Assembly (NCBI GenBank): GCA_965215885.1
Contig: CBDCEW010000096.1
Coordinates: 32,001 to 96,000 of the forward strand
DNA: 64,000 bases
Direction: 5' to 3'
Origin: Candidatus Moanibacter sp.
Lineage (GTDB): Bacteria > Verrucomicrobiota > Verrucomicrobiia > Opitutales > UBA2987
The notes below the pieces were generated by a model. That model was not told the origin of the DNA. It saw only the letters and a list, made by a program, of their open reading frames with translations, and did not search any database. Shown one piece after another: positions 28,468 to 39,678 of the stretch. The translations under genes and the position numbers were made by a program. Every line of letters begins with the position of its first letter. The stretch's first letter is position 1.

Positions 28468-29778
28468 TTACAAGGCGTTGGCATTTGCTTGCTGAAGTCT
28501 TTTCCACACCGGTGAACCGGTGCGTTGGAGCGATTGGAGATACTTTTGCTCATCGTAGCGTTCGCTATTTTGCCAACAGCGAAACAGAATGCGGGTCCAC
28601 TTGAGAGCGAGGGCACGAAGAATGGTTTGGCGGGGTTTGCCCTGTTCTTTTTTGATCTGGTAAAAGGCCTTTGCCCAGGCACAGTTTCGGATCGAATGTT
28701 CGGCAAATTCAACGAAACTTTGCCGCACGAAGGTAGGAGCCGCCCACCGCCAGTTGACCATTCGTTTCGGTTGTCCGGTTCTTTTGTCCTGCCCGCTGTT
28801 GATCGTGACCGGAGCGGATCCATTCCACTGGGTCATGTTCTGGGCCGTTTCGAAGTGCGAACGATCGGTCCCGAACGCGCACAGCAACCGGGGACTCATG
28901 ACCTCGCCGGCTCCGGGAATGCCACTGAACACGGCTGCATCGGGATGGCTTCTGAATAGCTCCCTGATACGCTTCTCATACGCTTTGATCTGCGGGCACA
29001 GGGTCAAAAGCTGTCCGGCCAACGTCTGTGCTTTTCTGCTGGATGCTTCAATGATGGCTGCATCTTCGGTCAAGGCTCGTGCGTTACCGATCAATTCGAG
29101 ACGCTCCTGGATTTTGGCGTCACTGCGACAGTTGTGCTTATAGAAGAACTTTCGCAAGACACCCTCCGATGCTCTGTGCAGCTTCTTGAGGGTCGGCCAA
29201 CGCAATATAAAGTGCAGGCACAGGCCACTGCCTAGATCATCGAACAATTTCAAGACCAAAGGGTTATATTGCTTCAGACAACTGCCCAACTGCTGTTCGA
29301 GGCTGGTAGCCTGATCGACGAATCCACGGCGGTCCTCGCACAACAGGTTCAGCTCCCGTGTTTGGGCCGTGTCAGGTATGAAACATTTGGTAAAAAGCTC
29401 GGGATGTTTGAGGAAAAACTCCGCGTGTATTTGCGCATCGACCGGGTCGCTCTTGGCCCCTGATGGATACAGCGCCCGGCGATAATCCTTCGCCCTGGCC
29501 GCATGCACTGGATAGATATCGACAAACTCCAAGCCCATCAGAAAGTTGATCAACCCTCCTCGCTTCTGGTCCACCACCATGGCCATGCGCTTGCCCACGC
29601 TGGCATACTTTTCTCTCATCTCTACGGCAAATTCGTGCAAGCTGACCGCATCCTGCGCCACCTGTCGATGGGTCCCTTTTCCCGTTTCGCTCTCTATGAT
29701 CCACAGATCGTTTTTCTGATCCGCCCAATCAATTCCTATCACCACACTATATCGATTTGTTTTTTCCCTTTTCTGCAT
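28468..29778 (-). CDS. IS110 DEDD recombinase/transposase
   Basis: GIDWAD, KSDPVDA, IPGAG and APVTINSG (catalytic Ser region). Confidence 0.93.
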   Translation of the reverse strand: MQKREKTNRYSVVIGIDWADQKNDLWIIESETGKGTHRQVAQDAVSLHEFAVEMREKYASVGKRMAMVVDQKRGGLINFLMGLEFVDIYPVHAARAKDYRRALYPSGAKSDPVDAQIHAEFFLKHPELFTKCFIPDTAQTRELNLLCEDRRGFVDQATSLEQQLGSCLKQYNPLVLKLFDDLGSGLCLHFILRWPTLKKLHRASEGVLRKFFYKHNCRSDAKIQERLELIGNARALTEDAAIIEASSRKAQTLAGQLLTLCPQIKAYEKRIRELFRSHPDAAVFSGIPGAGEVMSPRLLCAFGTDRSHFETAQNMTQWNGSAPVTINSGQDKRTGQPKRMVNWRWAAPTFVRQSFVEFAEHSIRNCAWAKAFYQIKKEQGKPRQTILRALALKWTRILFRCWQNSERYDEQKYLQSLQRTGSPVWKRLQQANANAL

Positions 29779-29820
29779 CCCTTTGTTCCTTTAGTTTGTC
29801 TTTTTGCTTTTTTCAAAGGC

Positions 29821-30103
29821 ACTGGATGTCCAGGCGAAGTCCTTATAGTTGGATCCTGTTATGAGGATGTAAACTGAGTGTTCGTTTTCGGTCATCCAGG
29901 CAGGCCGTCCACTCGAAATTCTGTCGGAAGTCCTCTTCGGACTGATTCCTAAGTTCGTAGTGGACGGCTGCCTTTGAATATTTTCACCCTTAGCCAAACA
30001 ATCTCTTTGACCCATCGCCAACCACTGATCGGCCAAGTTATTCACAAAGGGGCCTCGCCGAGTTTTTCCTGCGGCTCCACTCGGCCCCTTGGATGAATAA
30101 CCT
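29821..30103 (-). ncRNA. IS110 bridge RNA: 5' hairpin, target-binding loop and donor-binding loop
   Basis: Three stem-loops whose internal-loop strands match the target and donor junctions (see findings). Confidence 0.88.
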
Positions 30104-30121
30104 GGAGCTACTATAAGATTC

Positions 30122-31270
30122 CTATGGCATTCCAAGCTCCTGACAGAAGGTATTAAAGGGGAGAATGCGTTGTCCCGTTTCTTCGTCACCAAAGTCGTTA
30201 TGACCGATGTGAACGAAGAAGAAACGGGGAATGTCGGTGCGTTGTCTGAAGTATTCAAACCTTGAGGAAGCTTTGGATTCGTTGAGCTTGCATTCTACAG
30301 CGAACTCAGCCTTCCCATCTCTTAATACGACAAAGTCGACTTCTCGTCTATCCGTATCACGGATGAAGCGAAGCTCCATTTCGAAGCCTTCTGTGTCTTC
30401 GATGTAACAGCAGTACTTTAGCAGTTGGCAGGCCACGAGATTTTCAAAACGGGCGCCCGCGTCGGATACTCGAGTCCAATCCCAGAAATAGAGCTTGTTC
30501 TCTTTCTTAACCGCACGGATCTTCTTGTGACCAAAGGGAGGAATACGGAAGACTGTATAGAGCCGCTCCAATATCGAGATCCAGCTCTCTATTGTTTCAT
30601 GGGCTACCCCTAACAGAAGACTGATCGAACGAATCGACAGAGGCGACCCAACACATTCAGGTAGATGATTAAGGAGGAGTTCGATTTTGGATACGTCACG
30701 CACCTGCTCCAATTCTCGCAGATCGTCATACACGACTCTTGCCGTGTATTCACGTAACCATCGTCTATGAAATCTGGCAGTCGCTCTAAATAGTGGTTCG
30801 GGAAACCCTCCAAATGATAGTAGCTGCTCCAGGTCGGAAATGGTAGGGCTTCGAGTGAGTTCCATGAGCGAGAGCGGGAAAAGCCTGAGAAAATGGTAAC
30901 GACCCTGAAGCGAATCACCACCTCTTCGATAGTAGTCGAGACGCGCCGAGCCGGTAACCAGAAATGAGATTTTGCTCTTATGTTTGTCGTAGTACCCCTT
31001 GACTAGATTTCGCCAACCTCCGAATTTGTGAATTTCGTCAAATATGACCAATGGCTGCTTCGATGGTAGATGGCCGTCGAGAATGCGCTTTCGGTCAGCC
31101 AGCGAATCCCAGCTGAGGTAGGCAGGATGAGATTCTTTTGCGTTTTCCGGCCGGAGACATTGCAGGGCCAAGGTTGTCTTACCCACTTGGCGTGGCCCTC
31201 CCACAATGACCATTCTGTTTTCCAAATCGGCTTTGACTGCTTCCAAGAGATATCTCTTAACTGGAATCAT
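30122..31270 (-). CDS. AAA_14 ATPase with DUF4143 domain
   Basis: GPRQVGKTT, FDEIH, TGS..DSLQGR, GGFPE and EVDFV...VECK motifs. Confidence 0.92.
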   Translation of the reverse strand: MIPVKRYLLEAVKADLENRMVIVGGPRQVGKTTLALQCLRPENAKESHPAYLSWDSLADRKRILDGHLPSKQPLVIFDEIHKFGGWRNLVKGYYDKHKSKISFLVTGSARLDYYRRGGDSLQGRYHFLRLFPLSLMELTRSPTISDLEQLLSFGGFPEPLFRATARFHRRWLREYTARVVYDDLRELEQVRDVSKIELLLNHLPECVGSPLSIRSISLLLGVAHETIESWISILERLYTVFRIPPFGHKKIRAVKKENKLYFWDWTRVSDAGARFENLVACQLLKYCCYIEDTEGFEMELRFIRDTDRREVDFVVLRDGKAEFAVECKLNESKASSRFEYFRQRTDIPRFFFVHIGHNDFGDEETGQRILPFNTFCQELGMP

Positions 31271-31537
31271 AGTATGAGTAATTTCGAAACCACTCTAAGA
31301 TACTCATGAGTAATTTAGAGTAAAGTCTAAAATACCCATGCTATCCATCTGTGCAGACCCTGGAAGAGTTATGTTCTCGGGGTCTGCCAGAGATCGTCGA
31401 ATCGGAAGCCTGTCCTGAGCCAGTCGAATGAATAAACCCCTTTCCCGGCCTGAGCTTGTCGAAGGCCTACACGTGTGGCGGATGATAACGGCACTTGCGC
31501 TTACTGACCGGCAACCTCAATTTCATCGGATCGAGCC

Positions 31538-34500
31538 ATGATTAAACCATTCGCAAACGAAGCAGGAACCAACCGTGTCAACATCACCGTAGACGGCCTT
31601 AACCCGGATGCTCCCGTGCCGGTTCCCGTGCGGTGCGGAGTTCCCCTCCCGAAGGGTCGGATTACGGATCCATCGCAGATCGCTCTGCGGGATGAGGCAG
31701 GACAACCCGTCCCTTTTCAACCCGTGGTGACCGGGTATTGGCAGGATGAATCGCTGAAATGGGTGAACTTGGGATTTTTGGCAGAGGGCGCTTCTTACGT
31801 TGCCGAGATCGGAACCGAAAACGTCGAGGATATCGACGAGTCGCGTATTGTGGTGGAAGAGAGCGATGAGGCGATCGCCATATCCACCGGCCCGCTCAAA
31901 CTCGAAGTTCCGACGACGGGCGCGACCTGTTTCCCCGGCCGGGTCTGGATCGACCGCGACGGGGACGGGGTATTCTCCGACGCCGACTTGGTGAACGAGG
32001 GCGGGCCACTGTGGGTTCGTATTGAGGGCGAAACAGAGGGAACATTCCGGGCGCGCACCTGTAGCGCGAAGCTTGAGACCGCCGGGCCATTCCGCACCAT
32101 CGTTCGGCTGGAAGGGCAATATGTCCGAGAAGACGGCGCGGAGGTCGACCGCTGGGTGTTGCGAATTCAAGTCTACGCGGGCTGCGATTTTCTGACCGTT
32201 CAGCACAGCTTCATGAACACCGTCGATGTGCGGCACACCCACACCATGGCAGTGGGGCTCGAATTCTCCGTGACCGATACGACGGGTGCCTCGGTTGTGA
32301 TGGGGATTGACGGTAAGAACGTGCCGGCCACCCCATCGGCGACCCTCTCGGCTGTTCAAGTGAACGCGCAAACGCCAACCTTCCCAAAATTCGACCAGTT
32401 CGAACCGGTCTGCACGGTCACCGCAGACGGGGAAACGGTGGCGACTGGCGCCAAATCGGACGGCTGGTTGAGCGTCGAAAGCGCCGGCGGGACGTTCACA
32501 TGCGGGTTGCGCGACATCTGGCAGAAGCACCCGGGCGGATTTGAAGTCGACCTGCACCGCGGGACGGTGGCCGTCATGATCGTTCCGGACACCGGCGAGC
32601 CCTACGATTGGAAGGCCGGGCGCAAACCGGAGATGACGGCACGCACCGGTGGCCCGTGGCGCAGCTTCGGCGACGACGGGATCGGATTTACGGACGAGAT
32701 GATTATTGGATTCGGTGGCGACGCCGTGGCGGAACAGGCGCGGGCGAAGGCGTTCTGCGCCGTTCCCCACGCGCTGGCGGATCCGCGATGGCTGGAGCAC
32801 ACCCGGGCACTGGGCCACCTGCCGGCCTGTGACCGGGAGGCGTTTCCGGAGGCGGAGCGCCAGCTCGACCGGCTCGTGGAGTGGATCTGGCGGCATGCCC
32901 ACGAGTATTTTCACTGGTACGGCATCGCTTGGGGCGGGATACAGACGCACTACCAGCCGCGCAGCGAGCATTGGTCGGACCTCACGGAGCGGTATGCGTG
33001 GCTCAATGCGGAGGCGGACACCGCTGCGGGGGTGCTGCAGCACTACGTGCGCACCGGCAGCCGCAAGGCGTTTCTGCTCGGGCGCTCGATGCTCCGGCAC
33101 GACCAGGATGTCGGCACCTCCCACCGCTCCGGCTACGGCCGGCGCCACTACGTCTACGCCTGGGGTCAGCGTGGAGACTGGTCGCACACCTACCTCTACG
33201 CCCCATCCATCTACTACCACCTCACGGCCTGCGAACGGACGCGCGATTTTATCGAAATAACGGCCGGTGTCACCGAAGCCGCGAGCGACAAGGGCAGCTT
33301 GATTCGGACCACCCACAATGTCATTCGCTGTGCGCTCTGGCTCTACGAAATCACAGGGGATGAGAAGTGGAAGCGCAAGGGCGCAGCGATCATGGCCAAC
33401 ACGCTCGTGCTCCAGGAGGCAGACGGGCTATTCGGGAAGAGCGGTCTGTTTACAAATATCTACCTCCTCTGGGCGATGGAGCTCTACGACCGGATGATCG
33501 GCGGCGACGAGGTGCGCCAGGCGCTGATGCGCTGCATGCGGGCGGAAATTACGATGCCCGGAAGGTTGGAGATGAACTTGTGGGTGCACTCGATCGGTGA
33601 AGGGCTGGCGCAGGCCTACCGCTATTCCGGCGGCGACACCAGCTTCCTCTGGCCGGGCTTGCGGGACTTGGCGAATATCCGGTGGGATCGGATTTACGAG
33701 CGGTACGACCCCGTCCTGCGATTCCCGCGCTGCGGCTACGAAGTGCTCGGAGCGAACGGCGAGGTCCGGCACGACAGTTTCGTCGGCATGCACGAGACCG
33801 GGTTCAAGCTGACCAAGATGCCCTTCCTCTTGTGGGCGGCGCGCGACGCCGGGCTGACCGAAGCCGAGTTCTCCAGGAAAATCGATACCGGCGCCACAGG
33901 TGTCTTCTTCCCGGGCATTCAGCCGTCGGAGCCGGTGCGGTGGAATGTTTTCGAAACCCTGGACCTGCCCGGCTGCAACACCGCGCCCGTCGGAGATGAT
34001 CCGTTTAACCTAGACTGCGATGTGAATATGTCCGGCCTGCCGTGGGGCTGCACGGTCGCTTTCGGCGGGGTGCCGTTTGGCCTCCAACCCGCCGCGAGTG
34101 CCGACGACTATGCCGTCATCTGCCTGGCGGCCGAAGGAATCCGCGCGGATACGCGTGGGCGTGGCGGCATCGCGCCTCTACTTTCTCGGGCAGGTTGTCG
34201 CTTATGCCGGTATGGAATACGATCGTTTGCTGGGTAAATACGTGGTGGAATTCGACGACGGTTCGACCGAAGCGGTCGAATGGCGCAATGTCCGCAATTG
34301 CGAAGCCTTCGGCCTGGAGCACGTCGCCCTCGACGCTCCCCTCGCTCAAATCTGGGCGCCCCGCCTCTTCGATACCGGCAGCACCGACCTCGTGCACATC
34401 AACACCCTGCGGGTGGAAACCGACGGGCGCGCCGTCATGGCCGTCCGCTTCGAAGCCGCCGACAATGACGCCCGGCCGGTCCTGCTGGCCGTGACCGCCG

Positions 34501-35150
34501 AGCGAGCGGAACCCGCGCCGGCTGCGGAACCCGTAGCCCGTGTGCGGTTCGACCGAGAGAACGACCCGGTTCGTGTTGAACCGGACGACGGATTCACACG
34601 AAAGAATGGTTATCTTGAATCGCGGGGCGACATAACGGAGGGCACCTTCCGGATACCCGTCGCCGGACCGGGCGCCTACCAGGTCGAGGCCGTGCTGGAG
34701 AGCACCCAACCCTTGCTGGTGGATATCTCAGACAGCCATGGTACCGTCGTGCAAGGGTGGCAACTGCTGGGTGAATGGCCCACCGGCCGATCGATCCAGC
34801 ACATCGCGTTCGAGGCCTCGACGCCTGCGGATTCAGCAGAGCTCAACCTCCACATTCATGCCGGACGCGGGACCCGCTGCTACCACTGCGAAGAGGGCGG
34901 GGGAAATTCCTGGAGCCTGGGGTGGGTCTACGATCCCCGCCTCGAAAAATGGGTCATCCTCCGCGAGGAGTACCTACCGCCGGTGGATACCGAAGTCGGC
35001 GGTTCGCGCGAAAACCCCAGGGACGACGGCACCGTCTCCGAGGTCTGGTATCGCCAACGGGAAAGGTGGCTTCCGGACGACGATACCGAGAGGCTCTTCG
35101 GCCCCAAGTGGCGGATCCATGAGATCGTTGTGCGGAAGCTTGGTTTCTGA
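31538..35150 (+). CDS. Large glycan-active protein (YetA/exo-rhamnogalacturonan lyase-like), split by one frameshift near 34125-34135
   Basis: PVRCGVPLPKG..YWQDESLKW N-terminus and GPFRTIVRLEG. ORF 34077..35150 continues the protein (FGGVPF...RLYFLG). GC-rich coding bias. Confidence 0.6.
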
Positions 35151-35296
35151 GCCGCCTGGGTGCGATCAAAGCGCAGGCATTAGAAAGTTATACGCGTTTT
35201 TTGCGCTTGGAGCACATCATAATCGATTGGACCGGATAGACGCATCCGAAAATATTATCGTTTTTCCGATAATATTTTATTGACTTTCAATAAGAC

Positions 35297-35950
35297 ATGA
35301 TCCATTTTCCCTTCATGTACTGGTCCAAGACTTATATTCGCACGCTGCACTTCTGCTTCCGCGCTCTTTGCTATGTCGGCTGGGCAGCACTAATCTGGGG
35401 CATCTGCTTCACCGTCTATCACGCCTTCCAGGAGCCGCGCGAAGAACCGACGGGTGTTATGACGTTCGTCCCGGCGAAGCTTTCTGGCATCGATGCGCGA
35501 GCCATCTTTGCTTCAGCAATCGACCGGCAGCAACCAGTAGCGCTTGTGCGCAGCTTCGCAACACTGAGGTTCCACAACCCTGAAGATCCTTATTTTCTCT
35601 TTGGAAACGGCGTCTACATTGTGTGGATAGTGGTCATACTGGGTGTCGTCCGCCAATTTGAGCGACTCTTCGATTCACTCAATCGGACCAAAGTATTCGT
35701 TCGAGAAAATATCGCTCGTGCGCAGCTAGTTGGCCTCCTTCTGATCGGAGGTCATGTGTTTCACGCTCTTTGGCAATGGGGGCTATCCTCGCATTATGTT
35801 GGCATGATATCCAGTTCGAGCATCCAAGTAGCTTCAGTGGGCTTCCACCCAAACTGGCACGGTATTGTTGCAGGAGCGCTCGTAATCGCGCTTGCTGAGA
35901 TCTTTCGACAAGGCGTCGTAATAAGCGAGGAAAACGAACTAACCATTTGA
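35297..35950 (+). CDS. DUF2975 membrane protein
   Basis: Four TM segments and C-terminal AEIFRQGVVISEENELTI. Confidence 0.85.
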   Translation: MIHFPFMYWSKTYIRTLHFCFRALCYVGWAALIWGICFTVYHAFQEPREEPTGVMTFVPAKLSGIDARAIFASAIDRQQPVALVRSFATLRFHNPEDPYFLFGNGVYIVWIVVILGVVRQFERLFDSLNRTKVFVRENIARAQLVGLLLIGGHVFHALWQWGLSSHYVGMISSSSIQVASVGFHPNWHGIVAGALVIALAEIFRQGVVISEENELTI

Positions 35951-35957
35951 TTCTGCA

Positions 35958-36182
35958 ATGCCTATTCAAGTTCATTTAGACCGGATTCTTCTCGAGCGCA
36001 AAATGACACTGTCCGAACTCGCCAAGCGTGTCGACCTCACCCTCGCCAATCTGTCGATCCTCAAAACTAATAAAGCGCGCGCTATTCGATTCAGCACTCT
36101 GGAAGCGCTGTGCCGCGAGCTCGATTGTCAGCCGTCTGATCTGCTGAAATATGACAACGTGCCAAGCAATGATTCCAGATAG
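35958..36182 (+). CDS. Cro/C1 HTH regulator (YozG-like)
   Basis: LANLSILKTNKARAIRFSTLEALCRELDCQPSDLL; usual partner of DUF2975. Confidence 0.92.
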   Translation: MPIQVHLDRILLERKMTLSELAKRVDLTLANLSILKTNKARAIRFSTLEALCRELDCQPSDLLKYDNVPSNDSR

Positions 36183-36373
36183 GAATCGCCGGTTCGAACA
36201 TTCGTTTGGTGTCGCGGGAACAATCTCCGCGCTCTTTTTCGCAGCTGTGTTCTCGTTTCCGACGGTGACGCAGCTAGTTCAACGACTTGCTCTAAGTGCG
36301 AGATGACGGTGTCCACGAGATAAACGTCCGATCGAGAAAATATTAAGCCCCAGGGTTCCGCGCATCCGCGCCT

Positions 36374-37156
36374 TCAATCCACCACCACCTGGCTCTGCCA
36401 CCAATCGTCATTGGGCTTCCATTCAGGATCCAGGTACTCGGCGTGTTGTCTCTTGAACTCGGGCATCAGATCGTATTCCATCTTGTGAAGCCGCGCCCGC
36501 TCCTTCTCCCGATACTTGGCCCAGCGATCCGAGCTTGTCTGAATCGGTCCGTGGACTGAGTAGAAGGAAAGGTAGGCCACAAACGGCTCGTCTTTGTGTT
36601 CCTCGATCCAGTTGGCCGTTTCCATTCCCAGACGAATCGGGAGCGACTCGCCAGGGGGGCCATCCTCGAGATACGGGTTGTTGTATGGCGAAAAATAACC
36701 GCCCGGGGGAGATCCGACTCTGAAACCGCCTACGTTGACCTCGAAGCCGAACTGCTCGGGATGATTGCCCTCGTCCCCGAGATGCCACTTGCCGGCAAAG
36801 AATGCCCGGTATCCGGCGTCTCGAAGGACCTGGACAAAGGTGATTTCGTCTTTTCGCAGGCCATGCTCGTAGTCAGGTGGAAGCAGCTTGTTCTGACGCC
36901 CGAGCTCCCGCCACGTTTCACCGGATCGTGCCCCGATCCAGTCGGTGACGCCGTGGCGCGGGGTGACTTTACCTGTCAGGATACTCGCACGGGAAGGACT
37001 GCATACCTGGCATGTTGCGTAGCCCTGGGTGAACTGCATGCCCTCGTTGGCGATGCGGTCAATGTTGGGACTCTCGTAGAACGTGCTGCCTTCGCAGCTG
37101 AGATCGCGCCAGCCGAGGTCGTCTGCGAGGATAAAGACGATGTTGGGTGGGGTCAT
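36374..37156 (-). pseudogene. Sulfatase with large in-frame internal deletion
   Basis: PNIVFILADDLG, CSPSRAS and GKWHLG present, but the protein jumps from ...WAKYREK to a C-terminal tail with no SDxG region. Confidence 0.75.
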
Positions 37157-37312
37157 TCAGTACGGTAATTACCCTCTGTTGTGAACCTATTGCGGGCATA
37201 GGCAAGACAGCAGCCGAACGTCGACTCTTGCATTGACCGGCTTTTGCTGGCAAGAGCCTGTTCGAACAGACCACTTCTAGCCTGGAGTTTAATCGACAGA
37301 AAGTAAGGAAGC

Positions 37313-38659
37313 ATGAGCAATCGTCGTCCAAACGTAATCGTGTTTTTCACGGACCAGCAGCGATGGGATACAACCGGGGTCCACGGCAACCCGATGGATC
37401 TGACGCCCAACTTCGACCGAATGGCAGGTTGCGGCACCCATCTGGCGAATTCAATAACGTGTCAGCCTGTCTGCGGTCCGGCCCGATCGTGCTTTCAGAC
37501 TGGTCTCTACGCGACAACGACCGGTTGCTTCAGGAACGGCATCCCCCTGCCGAAAGACGCGACGACACTGGCGCATCTGTTCAAAGATGCGGGATATAAT
37601 ACCGGTTACATCGGCAAGTGGCATCTGGCGGATCAGGAGCCGGTGCCCGAGGACCAGCGGGGAGGATACGACTTCTGGTTGGGATCGAACGCGCTCGAGT
37701 TTACGTCCGACGCATACAATCTCGTGATGTACGACGGTGATAACCTGCCGCAGAAGCTCCCTGGGTATCGAGTCGACGGTGTGACCGATGCCGTCATCCG
37801 GTATATCGATGAGCATCAGGCAGACCCGTTTTTTCTGTTCGTGTCTTTTATCGAGCCCCACCACCAGAATCACCTCGACGACTATCCTCCTCCCGACGGC
37901 TACAGGGAACGGTATACCGGCGGCTGGATCCCGCCCGATCTCGCCGCGCTGGGCGGATCCACCCACCAGCACCTCGGCGGATACTATGGGATGGTCAAAC
38001 GTCTGGACGAGGCACTCGGACGCCTGCGGGACGCACTAAAGAGCCTCGCGCTGGCTGAGAATACGGTGCTCCTTTTCACCTCTGACCACGGCTGCCACTT
38101 CAAAACGCGAAACAGCGAATATAAACGGTCCTGTCACGAGAGTTCCGTTCACGTTCCGACGGCCCTGTATGGCCCCGGATTCGAGGGAGGTGGACGAGTC
38201 GATGAACTGGTCAGCCTGATCGATCTGCCTCCGACGCTGCTCGACGCGGCCGGCATCGACGTGCCAACGGAGATGCAGGGGCGTTCGATTCTGCCGCTGC
38301 TGAAGAGAGAAACGGATGACTGGCCGGAAGAGGCCTTTATCCAGATCAGCGAGGCCCAGGTCGGGCGCGCCGTCCGGACGGCGCGGTGGAAATACGGTGT
38401 CGATGCACCCGAAAGGTACGGTCGGCGGGACGCCGGATCGGACACCTATGTCGAGCAGTATCTATACGATCTACAGGCGGATCCGTATGAGTTGGCAAAC
38501 CTCGTGCAATCGGAAGCGCACGAGGTGGTGCGTGAGGTGATGAGGAAACGGCTCGTCCGCCGGATGACAGATGCGGGTGAGGAGGCGCCATCGATTGTAA
38601 AGGCGGAAGTCGGGCCCAGCGGACAGAGGAGGGTGACTGAGGAGGAAGCTCAGTCTTGA
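37313..38659 (+). CDS. Sulfatase
   Basis: PNVIVFFTDQQR, CGPARS, GKWHL and TSDHG motifs. Confidence 0.92.
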   Translation: MSNRRPNVIVFFTDQQRWDTTGVHGNPMDLTPNFDRMAGCGTHLANSITCQPVCGPARSCFQTGLYATTTGCFRNGIPLPKDATTLAHLFKDAGYNTGYIGKWHLADQEPVPEDQRGGYDFWLGSNALEFTSDAYNLVMYDGDNLPQKLPGYRVDGVTDAVIRYIDEHQADPFFLFVSFIEPHHQNHLDDYPPPDGYRERYTGGWIPPDLAALGGSTHQHLGGYYGMVKRLDEALGRLRDALKSLALAENTVLLFTSDHGCHFKTRNSEYKRSCHESSVHVPTALYGPGFEGGGRVDELVSLIDLPPTLLDAAGIDVPTEMQGRSILPLLKRETDDWPEEAFIQISEAQVGRAVRTARWKYGVDAPERYGRRDAGSDTYVEQYLYDLQADPYELANLVQSEAHEVVREVMRKRLVRRMTDAGEEAPSIVKAEVGPSGQRRVTEEEAQS

Positions 38660-39678
38660 GTGTAAGGAGGTTTGCAAATACGTTGATGGATGCCGGGGGA
38701 AGACGGAAGTCCGCGTGAAAGACATCGAGAGCATCGGATTCTACACTGATAGGCCACAGCCATGAAGAAGATGGAATTGGCGGATAGATGGCTGCCGCAA
38801 CCTTGGCAGAACACTCGTGAAAGCAATCGTATACACAAAGTACGGACCACCGGACGTTCTTCAGCTCAAAGAGATCCCGAGACCAACTCCCAGGGACAAT
38901 GAAGTGCTGATAAGAACCTATGCAGCCACCGTGCTGGCTGGGGACTGTGAATTCCGAAGTTTTGCATTCCCGTGGTGGTTCTGGCTTCCCCTGCGACTCT
39001 ATGCGGGTCTCTTGAGACCAACCAGGGTCAATGTATTAGGACAGGAACTCGCCGGAGAAATTGAAGCCATCGGCAAGGATGTAACACTATTCAGCAAAGG
39101 CGACCAGGTCTTCGCGGCAACCGAGATCGGTTTGGGAGCTTACGCGGAGTACAAGTGTATGCGCGAAGACAAGGCACTGGCATTAAAACCGGCCAATATG
39201 ACTTATGAAGAAGCCGCCGCCGTCCCTACCGGAGGGCTTAACGCACTGCACTATCTTAGAAAGGGAAATATCCAGAAAGGTGAGAACGTCCTCATCAACG
39301 GAGCCGCCGGCAACATCGGGTCTTTCGCGGTGCAGCTTGCCGGATACTTCGGGGCGGAAGTGACGGGAGTGGACAGCACCGAGAAATTGGAAATGGTGCG
39401 TTCGATCGGCGCAGACCACGTCATCGATTATACGCAAGAGGATTTTACCAAAAGCGGTACGACCTATGATGTCATTTTTGACGTAATTGCCGGAAGTTCG
39501 TTCTCAGGGGTGATGAAATCGCTCAAAAGAAACGGACGCTACCTCATGGTCAACCCCCGGCCAACCAACATGATTCGCGGACTGTGGACTTCAATGACGA
39601 GCAGCAAGAAAGTAATCTTTGCCTTCGCAAGCTACAGGACTGAAGATCTGATCTTCCTCAAAGACCTTTGTTGAGGCG

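Larger units (their letters stand above)
28414..30117 (-). mobile_element. IS110-family element with CT core
   Basis: Shared aga (minus strand TCT) at 28414-28416 and 30116-30118. Rejoining the flanks gives tccgacagattccta, identical to 8750-8764. Confidence 0.9.

Noticed and set aside
31523..33316. 597-aa minus-strand ORF
   Set aside because: Antisense shadow of the GC-rich plus-strand gene; no recognisable motifs.
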